NCBI GenBank assembly: GCA_964364715.1
Contig: CAYING010000003.1
Coordinates: 3,764 to 67,763 of the forward strand
Direction of reading: 5' to 3'
Source of the DNA: an uncultured Planctomycetales bacterium
GTDB lineage: Bacteria > Omnitrophota > Gorgyraeia > Zapsychrales > GWA2-47-8
Length of the DNA stretch: 64,000 nucleotides
Positions 10,516-19,896 of this stretch are shown here, in pieces. A program made the translations under genes and the position numbers. The notes below the pieces were generated by a model. It was not told where the DNA came from and made no database searches. It saw nothing but the letters and a program-made list of their open reading frames with translations. Numbering within the stretch: position 1 is the stretch's first letter; each line of letters starts with the position of its first letter.

Positions 10516-11653
10516 ACTTTCTCTTGGAAGTAAAGGCCATCATAATAAAATGGATCGTCAGCCCCGCGAATGTGACAAAGGTCGCAATATAGGGCAAAAT
10601 CCAGCCGCCATTCTTAACGACCGCCAGCGTCGAGGCCTCGTTCCCCATCTTATCGATCTGATAAGAAGATTGGTATAAAGTAAATTCTTTATCCCGCAAA
10701 GGATTATTCATTGAGATCAATTTCTCGCGCCACGCGTTATTTGTGTTGATGGCTACCTGGCTGCTGAAGCTGCGCGGGGTATCAGTCCCCGGATATTGTT
10801 CCTTAATGAAATCAATCATTTTCAGATGGAACGGCAATTGATGCCGCGCCTGCCGCAGCATCATGGCATAATTTTTTCCGCCGGCCTTAAACGAGAACGG
10901 AGTTTCCTCACTCCCGTAAAGCATTAGGTCAAAATTTTCTCCGTCTTTCGGCTGAATAGTGAAAATTCCGCCCGGGGTGTTTTTCTCCGGCTCTTTCTCG
11001 AGGTCCGCCGGCTGCAGCCGCTGGATCCCGGAAGCGCTCAATATCTTCTTTTCATCCGCCGGGCCTGAGTAGGCCAGGCAATTCCGGTAAAAATCTTTTA
11101 CGGTCAACTTAAAGCCCAGCTGGAAAACATCAACTTCCTGCCCCGTTTTTAGGCCGCCCGCATCGATCGCCGTGACCTCGCGGGTATACTGCAGAGGCTT
11201 TTCATCTTTCCCCGCTTCCCAAACCGCGACCTCCCAATTATGGTATGCCGTCGAGACATTGGAGCTTTGGCCTTCGTATAATGTGAGAAAACTTTCCCGC
11301 GAGCTATGGAGCACAATATAACCGGATATCAAGAAAAGCATAAGGCCGAAATGGATAATGATGATGCCGATATTCCGCCATTTGTAAACCAACCGGGTCA
11401 ATGCCACACATACCAAATTAATGAACAAGACCCACATCACCAGCTGAGCCCCGGGAAAAGGGATAAATCCCAGCACCAGAAAAAAGAACGATTCGAAGAA
11501 TCTCTCCTGGGCGATGTACAAACCCTGTTGAACCTGAGCGATCGTTCCCCAATACGTGAGGATGAACAACAAGATCAAACACACGACCGCCAATTTCACG
11601 GAGGAAAGTGATTTAATGATTTTATTCTTGCGGAGTTTTTGACGGAAATTCAT
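10484..11653 (-). CDS. resB: ResB/CcsB-like cytochrome c biogenesis protein
   Basis: LSSVKLAV, IIHFG, ISMNNPLR and TLYQSSY motifs; adjacent to ccsA. Confidence 0.85.
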   Translation of the reverse strand: MNFRQKLRKNKIIKSLSSVKLAVVCLILLFILTYWGTIAQVQQGLYIAQERFFESFFFLVLGFIPFPGAQLVMWVLFINLVCVALTRLVYKWRNIGIIIIHFGLMLFLISGYIVLHSSRESFLTLYEGQSSNVSTAYHNWEVAVWEAGKDEKPLQYTREVTAIDAGGLKTGQEVDVFQLGFKLTVKDFYRNCLAYSGPADEKKILSASGIQRLQPADLEKEPEKNTPGGIFTIQPKDGENFDLMLYGSEETPFSFKAGGKNYAMMLRQARHQLPFHLKMIDFIKEQYPGTDTPRSFSSQVAINTNNAWREKLISMNNPLRDKEFTLYQSSYQIDKMGNEASTLAVVKNGGWILPYIATFVTFAGLTIHFIMMAFTSKRKFESPYVDEGK

Positions 11654-11657
11654 TGCA

Positions 11658-12434
11658 TTATTTCAAGTGAATGGATTTAACAAAACTCTTGAGCGTATCA
11701 CGGCTGCTCAAAACCGCCGGTTTCGGGCCGGTCATTTTAACAAAAATTTGAGAACCTTCTTTTTCAATGACCGCGGCGATCATGCTCGGGGCGTCCGGCG
11801 GAGAATCATTCTGCATCTGAGTAAGGTCGATCAGGGTGACGGGCATTCCCTTGTCCGTGGAAAATTTTTCCTGGCGCTGGATAAAGCTGTCCAATTCTTT
11901 GGCATCCGGGACCGGGATCTTGATCTGCTGGATCCAGCGCGCCACGTTTGCGCTCAGCCCGCCGGCTGATCCGCCTAATGAAACGATGGTTGTTTCGGTC
12001 TTGGGGTCGGTCGAGGTAAATGTCGCCAGCCGCAATCCGCCGCCTCTTTTTTCCGACCATCCCTTGGGCGTTTCCCATTCCAGAGGAGTTTGATCGGCGG
12101 AGGCGCTGATCTGCTGCTGCAGGGCAGGATCGTTCATTCCCTGCATCATGGGAGGTATGTCTTGCTGATTAGAACCCTTTAAGCCGGCGTGGATGTCATC
12201 GTCAGGCATGAGCCCGGCGCGAACGCCATCCTGGGGCATAAGCCCGGCATGGATATCGTCTTGCGGCATACCGGAGAACATTCCTCCGGTTGGCGGGGTC
12301 ATCTTCTTAGGAGCATCCCCGAAGACTTCTGTGTATTGACGGAGTTTGGCAGGCTGTTCACATCCCAGGAACAGAACTGATGTAAGGGAAATATATAAAA
12401 ATAAAAGGCCGAACCGGCCGGAAATCTGCAGCAT
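11658..12434 (-). CDS. Lipoprotein with Met/His-rich 10-aa repeats, linked to ccs genes
   Basis: Lipobox LFLGC; three MPxDx(I/V)(H/R)AGL repeats; W.TP.GW, GGLSANVARW and FVKMTGP motifs. Confidence 0.7.
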   Translation of the reverse strand: MLQISGRFGLLFLYISLTSVLFLGCEQPAKLRQYTEVFGDAPKKMTPPTGGMFSGMPQDDIHAGLMPQDGVRAGLMPDDDIHAGLKGSNQQDIPPMMQGMNDPALQQQISASADQTPLEWETPKGWSEKRGGGLRLATFTSTDPKTETTIVSLGGSAGGLSANVARWIQQIKIPVPDAKELDSFIQRQEKFSTDKGMPVTLIDLTQMQNDSPPDAPSMIAAVIEKEGSQIFVKMTGPKPAVLSSRDTLKSFVKSIHLK

Positions 12435-12517
12435 AAAAATTTTTCTCCCGAAAGTTGGTAGTATCCTAACAAAATGCCATTAAGAATTCAACAGGAAAAG
12501 ACCTTTCCGACAAAAAT

Positions 12518-14014
12518 CTAACTCCCGGAATGGCACTCTGAACAGTGCATTTCCTTCCACCCCTCATCTGTTTCATCCGGATGGCGAAACGGAAGACCGT
12601 CCGCGTTCTTCTCAGTGGCCCCGACGGGCCCCTGTTCAATAATGGAATGGCACTGATTGCAATCCTTGGACAAAACCTTCCCGTCCGATGTCTTATGCTT
12701 CTCATCATGGCACCGGAAGCATCCCGGGAAAATAAAATGCCCGATATTATCTGGGTACGCCTTCCACGATGCCTTCATCCGGGGAAAAATATTCATCTTA
12801 TAAATTTCCAAGATCGATGCCACCGCCTGGTCGACCAAGCTCCGGTTCTGAGAAAAAAATTCCGGATATTTTTTCTGATAAAATTTCTCGATTTTTTCTT
12901 TGATCGCGGATTCTGCCGCCTCTTCGGTCTCATACTCTGCGGATAAAACCTTCAACGCCTCCCGCTTGATATACGGGATGGAGTTGTCGATCGCGCCGCG
13001 AGCCAGCACCTCGTTGAGCGTTTTGTCCGGAGAGTTGTAAATGTGCGCAGGACGGTTATGACAGTCCATGCAATCCATCTGACGCAGTTCTCCCTCCGGC
13101 GGTTTCTCCGCAGAATATTTTGAGTCCTCATCAACGTAGATGTCCTCTTTGCCGTCGGCACGGACGACTTTGATCCAGGGAATCGTTTGCCGCTTTGCAT
13201 CTGTGGCGACATAATACACCTTGCTGTTGATATTCATATGCCAATGGATCCCCTCCTTCTTTCCATACGGAGGGTTCCCGCCGCCCACCAGCATCAGCAT
13301 CCTGCTCTTCCAGGCGGTATTTTTCTCATCGGACAAAAAATAAGTTTTATCTGCTTCAATTGCGCCGAAAAACTGCTGCGGCCAATGGCACTTTTCGCAG
13401 GTCTCTTGAGCCGGACGAAGATTTTTGACCGGGGTCTCTATCGGACGGCTATATTTCTTGAAAATGACAGAATAAACCTGATATGTCCCGGCAAGTTTCG
13501 ATCTGACGTACCAATCCACCCCATGCCCGATATGACAATGAACGCACGCCACCCGGGCATGCGGTGAATTCTGATAGGTCGTGAATTCCGGATGCATGAC
13601 TTGATGGCATGTCTTCCCGCAAAACGTCACCGATTCGGTAAATTCATAAGCCCGGTAACTCCCCACCGCCGTGAACAGCAAAAACGCCGTCACAACACAG
13701 ATTGTGACATACGCGATCCTCTGATGCATGGGATTATTGAAATCAATGTGAGGAAAACGCCGGGCATGACCGCGCTTGACCCTTAGCTTGCGCTCGAGCA
13801 TGGCGCCGATGGGGATCAGCAATAAAGAAATGATGAGGAAAATCGGAGCGATTAAATACGTAACCACCCCAAGGTACGGGTTCGCCTCTTTATTGCGGAA
13901 GTCTAGAATGAAAAATACGAGAATGACGGAAAAGCAGAAGCTGGAAAGGATGCCTCCGGCGACGCTGACCCAATTTTGAAAGAGACTCGGTTGTTTATTT
14001 TCGTCGGACTGCAT
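12518..14014 (-). CDS. NapC/NirT-family inner-membrane heptaheme cytochrome c (ImcH-like quinol dehydrogenase)
   Basis: Three N-terminal TM helices, then FCGKTCH (CX3CH) and six CXXCH. This matches the Geobacter ImcH architecture as I recall it. Confidence 0.8.
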   Translation of the reverse strand: MQSDENKQPSLFQNWVSVAGGILSSFCFSVILVFFILDFRNKEANPYLGVVTYLIAPIFLIISLLLIPIGAMLERKLRVKRGHARRFPHIDFNNPMHQRIAYVTICVVTAFLLFTAVGSYRAYEFTESVTFCGKTCHQVMHPEFTTYQNSPHARVACVHCHIGHGVDWYVRSKLAGTYQVYSVIFKKYSRPIETPVKNLRPAQETCEKCHWPQQFFGAIEADKTYFLSDEKNTAWKSRMLMLVGGGNPPYGKKEGIHWHMNINSKVYYVATDAKRQTIPWIKVVRADGKEDIYVDEDSKYSAEKPPEGELRQMDCMDCHNRPAHIYNSPDKTLNEVLARGAIDNSIPYIKREALKVLSAEYETEEAAESAIKEKIEKFYQKKYPEFFSQNRSLVDQAVASILEIYKMNIFPRMKASWKAYPDNIGHFIFPGCFRCHDEKHKTSDGKVLSKDCNQCHSIIEQGPVGATEKNADGLPFRHPDETDEGWKEMHCSECHSGS

Positions 14015-14092
14015 AAAAAGAGGCCTGCTAAATTCTCGCCGGCCGCGTCAAACTGGCGGGATCGTGAAAAGGGCAGAAATTCCGCTAAAAGT

Positions 14093-15544
14093 TTATTTAT
14101 ACCGTTCCTGAAACTGCTTTTGAGCTTCAAGCCGTTTCGCCGCCTCGGCCGGATCCATTTTGTTGATATACCATTTATGGTCCGCAGATTCCAGGACTTC
14201 CGATAATTTATTTTTTAACATCTGGGCTGCTTCTGATTCTTTCTTGTCCTTGGAGTCGATGTTCTTTTCAACAATCGCCTCAAGCGCCGGGATAAATTCG
14301 GCATAGAACCTTTTGGCGACCTCGTAGGTCCCGTGCCAATGCGTATAATCCGGCCCCATCATAGACGCGCCGTGCCTTGCCCTACGCCCTTCATGATGCC
14401 ACAGCTCATACCAGATAAAATCGATCTCATTACTGAATTCTACCGGCTTCAATAATGGCTGCGCCAATTTCATCAGCTCCTGACCCGGCCTGGCAAATTT
14501 CTCAGTATACAATTCCAACAGGCTGTCATATTGCAGATAAAAGCTGTCCACATAATTGGCGCTGTGGCATTCTGTGCAGACTTTCTTCATGTTCTTCCGG
14601 CGGGTTTCCCAGGACACGTCTTTCCCGGGGAGTCCCATCTTGCCATCGGAAACTTCCGGACGGATAGAAATAGCCGGCCGATTGTTCCAACTGATACGCA
14701 TCCCGACGTCGTGGGTGACATCCATATCCGGGGTCGCGCTCATATGGCAAGTCGCGCACGTCGGAGCAGCATTATAATCTTCGCCGAGAACCCATTTCTC
14801 ATTATCTAAATTCATTTTATGTTTATTCGCATGAAAGGCAATGCCGTGCTTCGATTCTTCGTAGATCTCGATCTGCGGATGGTCCGGCCCCATATGGCAT
14901 TTTCCGCAATTCTCCGGATTTCTGGCCTGTTCAACGGAAAATTTGTGCCGGGAATGGCATGCCGAGCAGGAACCTTCGGACCCATCGGGATTGATCCGGC
15001 CGATCCCGGTATTGGGCCACGTGGCCGGGTCCAGGGAACCGTCCTTCAAAACCTTAACTTCGGAGCCGTGGCATTGCCAGCAGCCGTTAACGGCAGCGGC
15101 GGAGACACCTTCCGGAAAACCAGGCGTTTTCATCATAAGATTGCCCTCGACGATATCCGCGAGGCGATTGTCCAAGGAGCCAAGAATCCTGGCGCCTTTG
15201 GAATGGTGAGACGAATTGAATTCGTTGACCTCTTTAGCATGGCAGCGGGAGCAATCCTGAGGCGAAACAATTATGGAGATGATCTCGCCGTAATGGTCAA
15301 TGGCATCCTTATCGGATTTATCGGCCTGATGGCATTCATAACATCCGACATTGCCCCTAAAATGCTTGCTGGCACCCCACTGCTGAACGATAACGGGCGT
15401 CTCTTCCCGGTGGCATTCAAGACAATCCTTGGACTTGACCGACAACTCGTCAAGACCGTAGGCACTGCGCCATACCAGAACAAAAGTTAATAATAAAAAA
15501 CATGCCCCCGAAAAGAAATATTTTTTCATAATCGTTCCGTCCAT
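14093..15544 (-). CDS. Octaheme cytochrome c, hydroxylamine oxidoreductase family (reductive/epsilon-HAO-like)
   Basis: Eight CXXCH; CGKCHMGPDHPQIEIYEESKHG, APTCATCHM and GASMMGPDYTHWHG motifs; signal peptide after M46/M51 of the listed ORF. Confidence 0.88.
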   Translation of the reverse strand: MDGTIMKKYFFSGACFLLLTFVLVWRSAYGLDELSVKSKDCLECHREETPVIVQQWGASKHFRGNVGCYECHQADKSDKDAIDHYGEIISIIVSPQDCSRCHAKEVNEFNSSHHSKGARILGSLDNRLADIVEGNLMMKTPGFPEGVSAAAVNGCWQCHGSEVKVLKDGSLDPATWPNTGIGRINPDGSEGSCSACHSRHKFSVEQARNPENCGKCHMGPDHPQIEIYEESKHGIAFHANKHKMNLDNEKWVLGEDYNAAPTCATCHMSATPDMDVTHDVGMRISWNNRPAISIRPEVSDGKMGLPGKDVSWETRRKNMKKVCTECHSANYVDSFYLQYDSLLELYTEKFARPGQELMKLAQPLLKPVEFSNEIDFIWYELWHHEGRRARHGASMMGPDYTHWHGTYEVAKRFYAEFIPALEAIVEKNIDSKDKKESEAAQMLKNKLSEVLESADHKWYINKMDPAEAAKRLEAQKQFQERYK

Positions 15545-15572
15545 TGTTTTCCCGTCTAAATTTCTACGATAG

Positions 15573-16130
15573 TTACTCTTTCGGCACCGGGTGCTTGATC
15601 TGTTCGAGTCTTTCCTTGAAATCAAAAGATTTATATGTCGGGGCTTCGGGGTTGTGGCATTTCTTGCAAGTATTTTCATCAGGAATTACCAGGCCCTGCG
15701 CGACCGCTTCTTCCTCATCTTCCATAACGCTTTTCTTCATATAATCCTTGCCGGCGCCGTGACAGGATTCACAGGAAACCCCTTCCTCGACGGTAATCGC
15801 CTCGGTGGCCTTTGCTTCCGTGAAATTATAAGCCGTTGAATGGCATTTCAGGCATTTGCCGCTTGTGGACGGATCATCAATACCTAACTTAGCGGCCTGC
15901 TCTTTGGCCTCCGGGGTCTTTAAGGTCTCAAACGCTTTGGCATGTTTTGACTCCTGCCAGATTTTAAACTGTTCCCCCTGCTCCGGTTTTTTATGGCACA
16001 TGGAACATTTTGTAACTCCCACAAATTCGTGTTCCGCCTGGACGGCGGACATCTCAGCGCCCCACATAAGCATAACTGCACATCCCCCAAAAACTAATAC
16101 GGCATTAATGACTGTTAAGCCTCGTTTCAT
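15573..16130 (-). CDS. Cytochrome c554-family tetraheme cytochrome
   Basis: FVGVTKCSMCH...W..SKHA.AF.TL...CLKCH...GVSCESCHGAG..Y...CKKCH; signal peptide. Confidence 0.85.
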   Translation of the reverse strand: MKRGLTVINAVLVFGGCAVMLMWGAEMSAVQAEHEFVGVTKCSMCHKKPEQGEQFKIWQESKHAKAFETLKTPEAKEQAAKLGIDDPSTSGKCLKCHSTAYNFTEAKATEAITVEEGVSCESCHGAGKDYMKKSVMEDEEEAVAQGLVIPDENTCKKCHNPEAPTYKSFDFKERLEQIKHPVPKE

Positions 16131-16161
16131 TTTTTATCCTCCTGTATTCCGGTGAATTAAT

Positions 16162-17313
16162 TTATTTTTCCTGAATCCCTTGATCCGGCTGCGCTGAGTG
16201 CGGAATGCCAAAAATATCAAATTTATATTCTTTGCCGAAAATTTTTTGTTTACTCTCCGAAATAAACCCTAAAACACCAAATACCAATAAAGACAACAAA
16301 ACCAAGACCCCTATGGTCACCGAGATCGGGCGTTTGAACGGATGCCGCTGAGGGCTTCTATCCAAAAAAGGCCACAATAAAAGCAAGACAGGCGCCAGAC
16401 CGACGACAAAAATCCCCAAAAGTTTAGAAAAATATTTCAAAACATGATACATCGGCAAAAAATACCACTCCGGCTTTATCCCCTCGGGAGTGCTTAACGG
16501 ATCGGCCTTTTCGCCCAATTCAAAAGGAGCCAGGATCGATAACGTGATCAAGATACCGAGCAGAATAAAAAAGACGACCCCTTCCTTGAGCATATGGTGC
16601 GGGAAGAACGGGATCCCGTCTTTTACCTTAGTCTCTTTCTCATCCCCCACCGGGTCCATCGTCGCGATCCCCTGAAACCTCACCAAAAATAGATGAATGG
16701 CAATCAAAAAGAAAACCGTCCAGGGAAGGATGATGACGTGGATCACAAAGAAACGGGAAAGAGTTTCTCCGCCGACCGACGTGCCCCCCCGCATCAATGT
16801 CTTCATCCATTCTCCGACAAACGGAATAGCGCCGGCGATCTCTGTCCCGACCGTCGTTGCCCAATACGCCAACTGGTTCCACGGCAGAAGATATCCCGTA
16901 AACCCGAAGACTAACGTCAAAACGAACAGAAAAACACCAATAAGCCAGGTTATTTCCCGCGGTCTTTTGAACGATCCGGTAAAAAATGTGCGCAGCATAT
17001 GCAGAAAGACAACGATCACCATCAAATTCGCCCCCCAGGCATGGACCTGACGGTATAACCACCCCATATACGGTGTGGTCATAATAAATTTAATGCTCTC
17101 AAAGGCTTCATCGACGGTGGGACGGTAATAGATCAAGAGCAATATCCCGGTCAGGACCTGGCTGACAAAAAGGAATAAGGACATGCTTCCGAGGGTATGA
17201 AACCAACCGGTACTTCTGGGAAGCGGTTTTTTGATCTGGTACTGCAGCGACCCTTCGATCTTCTCCAGATCGTAGCGCTTCGACAACCATTCTCTTAAAT
17301 TAAATTTCAGCAT
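16162..17313 (-). CDS. Cytochrome b of a Rieske/cytochrome b complex (fused N- and C-terminal parts)
   Basis: RQVHAWGAN, LHMLR, FTGYLLPW, RFFVIHVIILP and the IKPEWYF Qo motif. Confidence 0.95.
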   Translation of the reverse strand: MLKFNLREWLSKRYDLEKIEGSLQYQIKKPLPRSTGWFHTLGSMSLFLFVSQVLTGILLLIYYRPTVDEAFESIKFIMTTPYMGWLYRQVHAWGANLMVIVVFLHMLRTFFTGSFKRPREITWLIGVFLFVLTLVFGFTGYLLPWNQLAYWATTVGTEIAGAIPFVGEWMKTLMRGGTSVGGETLSRFFVIHVIILPWTVFFLIAIHLFLVRFQGIATMDPVGDEKETKVKDGIPFFPHHMLKEGVVFFILLGILITLSILAPFELGEKADPLSTPEGIKPEWYFLPMYHVLKYFSKLLGIFVVGLAPVLLLLWPFLDRSPQRHPFKRPISVTIGVLVLLSLLVFGVLGFISESKQKIFGKEYKFDIFGIPHSAQPDQGIQEK

Positions 17314-17345
17314 AAAAATTTTTGTTCCCTTCGCGGAAATTTCGG

Positions 17346-17816
17346 TTACACCTTCACCATGACTCTGCCGTTGACAACGCTCACTTCATGCGGCGGGAGC
17401 GGGCGCGGCGGAGGCCCTGCCACAACTTTTCCATCAAGATCAAAAAGGCCCGCATGGCAAGGGCAGATGATCTCCCGTTTCTTACCGTCCCACTCGACCA
17501 AACACCCTAAATGGGTGCAGATGGCAGAATAGGCCTTAAACCCTTGCGGCGTTCGGATAACCAGAATAGCGCTGCCTGCCACAATTACTTTTTTCCCTCC
17601 CCAGGCCGGAATATCATCCTCGGCGCCGACATCACTTAAACCCCCGGCCGGACCCCGACGGGTCACCGGCCAAAGATAAGCTAAGGCCGGGGCCACCATC
17701 CCGGCCAAGGTCGTGAACAGCCCCAGCCGGATGATCCATCCCAGAAAATCCCTGCGGCTCAAATTTTCCTTTTCCAAAACTGCGGTTTTTACGTGCCCCG
17801 GATTTTCATTTACCAT
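17346..17816 (-). CDS. Rieske [2Fe-2S] subunit
   Basis: Tat motif LSRRDFL, a TM helix, CTHLGC and CPCHAGLFD boxes, GPPPRPL. Confidence 0.95.
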   Translation of the reverse strand: MVNENPGHVKTAVLEKENLSRRDFLGWIIRLGLFTTLAGMVAPALAYLWPVTRRGPAGGLSDVGAEDDIPAWGGKKVIVAGSAILVIRTPQGFKAYSAICTHLGCLVEWDGKKREIICPCHAGLFDLDGKVVAGPPPRPLPPHEVSVVNGRVMVKV

Positions 17817-17817
17817 A

Positions 17818-19047
17818 TTATTGCCCACTCTTCTTTCGTGCATCCTCTTCAAGCTTTAACCGCTTATATTCCGCGTTCAACGCCAAAACCATGATCAAAA
17901 TGAAAATCCACAGAACAACCAGGCCGACCTTCCGCCACTTAAGCCCTTTGCGTTTACCGTCGATGCTGGCTTTAATTTCCTTGATCTTCACAGCGGATTG
18001 ATTATAAAGATCCGACAACTCATCATAGATCAATTTATGCTGCAGAGGCTGCATTTCCAAAACTTTTGATCTGACCTCCTCCAAAAGCGCTTCTTCCTCT
18101 TCGATAAAAAACCCTTCGATACCGGCCTGCTTAACGATTCCGCGGGTGTCCTTCAGTTCACTATCCGCTTTCTGCAGGATTTTCTTGATCGCCTGGCCTT
18201 GCTGGAACGCTTTGCTCTCCGGCGTATGGCATTTGACGCACGCCTGGTCATAAAGGGCAATGCTGACCGGCTGGACATCATGATTGCTGTGGCAGGAAAC
18301 ACATTCCGAAAATTTATCCCCCTCAGTGATCGAGGCATGGACGCTTTCCAAAAAACGGGCCTTCTCATTGATATGGCATTTACCGCACGTGGCGCCGACC
18401 TCTCTGAATCCAGGCGGAACCGCCCCGTGGCTGCCGTGACAGCTGGCGCAGTTGGCGGCCGAGGTATCGCCTTTTTCGAATAATGCTTTTCCGTGAACGC
18501 TGTTTTTGTATTTTTCGAATACATCCGACGGGAGGCCAAAGGAATGCATCAACTTTTCATTCCCGTGGCACTTGGCGCAGGTCTTAGGAAGATTGCCGGG
18601 ATAGACCGAACTGTTCGGGTCAGAGATCTTCAGGACTTCATGATATCCATGGCAATCACTGCAGACGGCAACTTTGGTATTACCCTCTTCCAAAAGTTTT
18701 TTGCCATGATGACTTGTCTTATATTGGGCGAGTTGATCGGTACGGGTCCCATAAAAATTCATGGTACTGACATCCGAATGACAATTGCCGCAGAGCTCCA
18801 TGGTCTGCTTTTTGTCCGGGATACCGATATAACCCGTTCCCGGGCCCTTGGCTAAGTCCTTGTCATCCTGGGCGGGATCACCGCCGTGGCATTTATTGCA
18901 GTAAATTCCCTGCTGAGAGTGAGCGCTCCCCTTGACCTCATCCCACATATCCGAATGACATGCAACGCAGGAATTCCCTCCAATTTCCTGCGAAAAAGTA
19001 AAATTGGCAAAGCTGAGAAATATAATTATTAGATAAATGATCTTCAT
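17818..19047 (-). CDS. Nonaheme cytochrome c with C-terminal helical stalk and membrane anchor
   Basis: Nine CXXCH, a signal peptide and a C-terminal TM helix; likely the cytochrome c component of the Rieske/b complex. Confidence 0.85.
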   Translation of the reverse strand: MKIIYLIIIFLSFANFTFSQEIGGNSCVACHSDMWDEVKGSAHSQQGIYCNKCHGGDPAQDDKDLAKGPGTGYIGIPDKKQTMELCGNCHSDVSTMNFYGTRTDQLAQYKTSHHGKKLLEEGNTKVAVCSDCHGYHEVLKISDPNSSVYPGNLPKTCAKCHGNEKLMHSFGLPSDVFEKYKNSVHGKALFEKGDTSAANCASCHGSHGAVPPGFREVGATCGKCHINEKARFLESVHASITEGDKFSECVSCHSNHDVQPVSIALYDQACVKCHTPESKAFQQGQAIKKILQKADSELKDTRGIVKQAGIEGFFIEEEEALLEEVRSKVLEMQPLQHKLIYDELSDLYNQSAVKIKEIKASIDGKRKGLKWRKVGLVVLWIFILIMVLALNAEYKRLKLEEDARKKSGQ

Positions 19048-19113
19048 AAATTTCCCTAAAAGGATCAAAAAAGCAAATTCACAAGGCCTTCCTTAAAATA
19101 AAGACCTTTGGCT

Positions 19114-19896
19114 TCAAGCATAACTATGCAATGTTGAAAAAAACAAATTTACCCCAATGTAGGTAAAAAGAATAACTACAAACCCCAACATTGTTAAAAG
19201 AGCGGCATTAAGACCGCGTAAATTCCGTGTATGGCGCAAATGAAGACAGCCGGCATAGATCAACCACGTTGTTAATGCCCATATTTCTTTGGCATCCCAA
19301 TTCCAGAATCTTCCCCAGCTGATACTGGCCCATATAGAACCGCAGGCCAACCCCACCGTTAAGAAAGGGAACCCCCTGTCAAGCACTTGGAAAATCATCC
19401 CCTCAAGACTATCCAATAAAGCCTTATTATTACCGCGATAGCGCAAAATATTGATGATATAAACAAGGCTCAAACCAAAGGCTATCGCGAAACTGGCATA
19501 AGCAATAAGATAAGATCCCACATGAAAATAGAGCCAGCCGCTTCTCAATGACGGCATCAGCGGACGTATGGCATCATTAATAAAAAGGGAGAATACCAGC
19601 AAACACAACGCCACTACAATCCCCAGCAATTTGATCCAGCGGAACCCCAACCGGAACGCGGCATAAAAGCTCAACATCACAATCAGCCAGGCAAAAACGA
19701 TCAATGTTTCATACGTATCGGTTAATGGAAAACGCTGCGCTTCAATAGCTCGTTTGACAATCAAATAGCCGTGCAATCCCCACCCTGTCATCAAAAAAGA
19801 GCCTTCAATAACAGTAAAAAAATTTTCCCTAACCTTCCCGGCTATGAGGAAAAAAACCAGGGACAAAAAATAGAGGACAATGACTCCTATCATCAT
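19114..19896 (-). CDS. ccsA: Cytochrome c biogenesis protein CcsA (short form)
   Basis: LRSGWLYFHV, GSIWASISWGRFWNWDAKE and LHSYA motifs. Confidence 0.92.
   Translation of the reverse strand: MMIGVIVLYFLSLVFFLIAGKVRENFFTVIEGSFLMTGWGLHGYLIVKRAIEAQRFPLTDTYETLIVFAWLIVMLSFYAAFRLGFRWIKLLGIVVALCLLVFSLFINDAIRPLMPSLRSGWLYFHVGSYLIAYASFAIAFGLSLVYIINILRYRGNNKALLDSLEGMIFQVLDRGFPFLTVGLACGSIWASISWGRFWNWDAKEIWALTTWLIYAGCLHLRHTRNLRGLNAALLTMLGFVVILFTYIGVNLFFSTLHSYA

Noticed and set aside
10571-10586. Extra CRP-like box TGTGA-N6-TCGCA
   Set aside because: It lies inside resB coding sequence with one mismatch and I saw no clear -10 box; probably chance
14093-15544. Oxidative HAO indicating ammonia oxidation or anammox
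   Set aside because: The P460 cross-link Tyr appears replaced by Trp, and no amo or hzs genes are in the window
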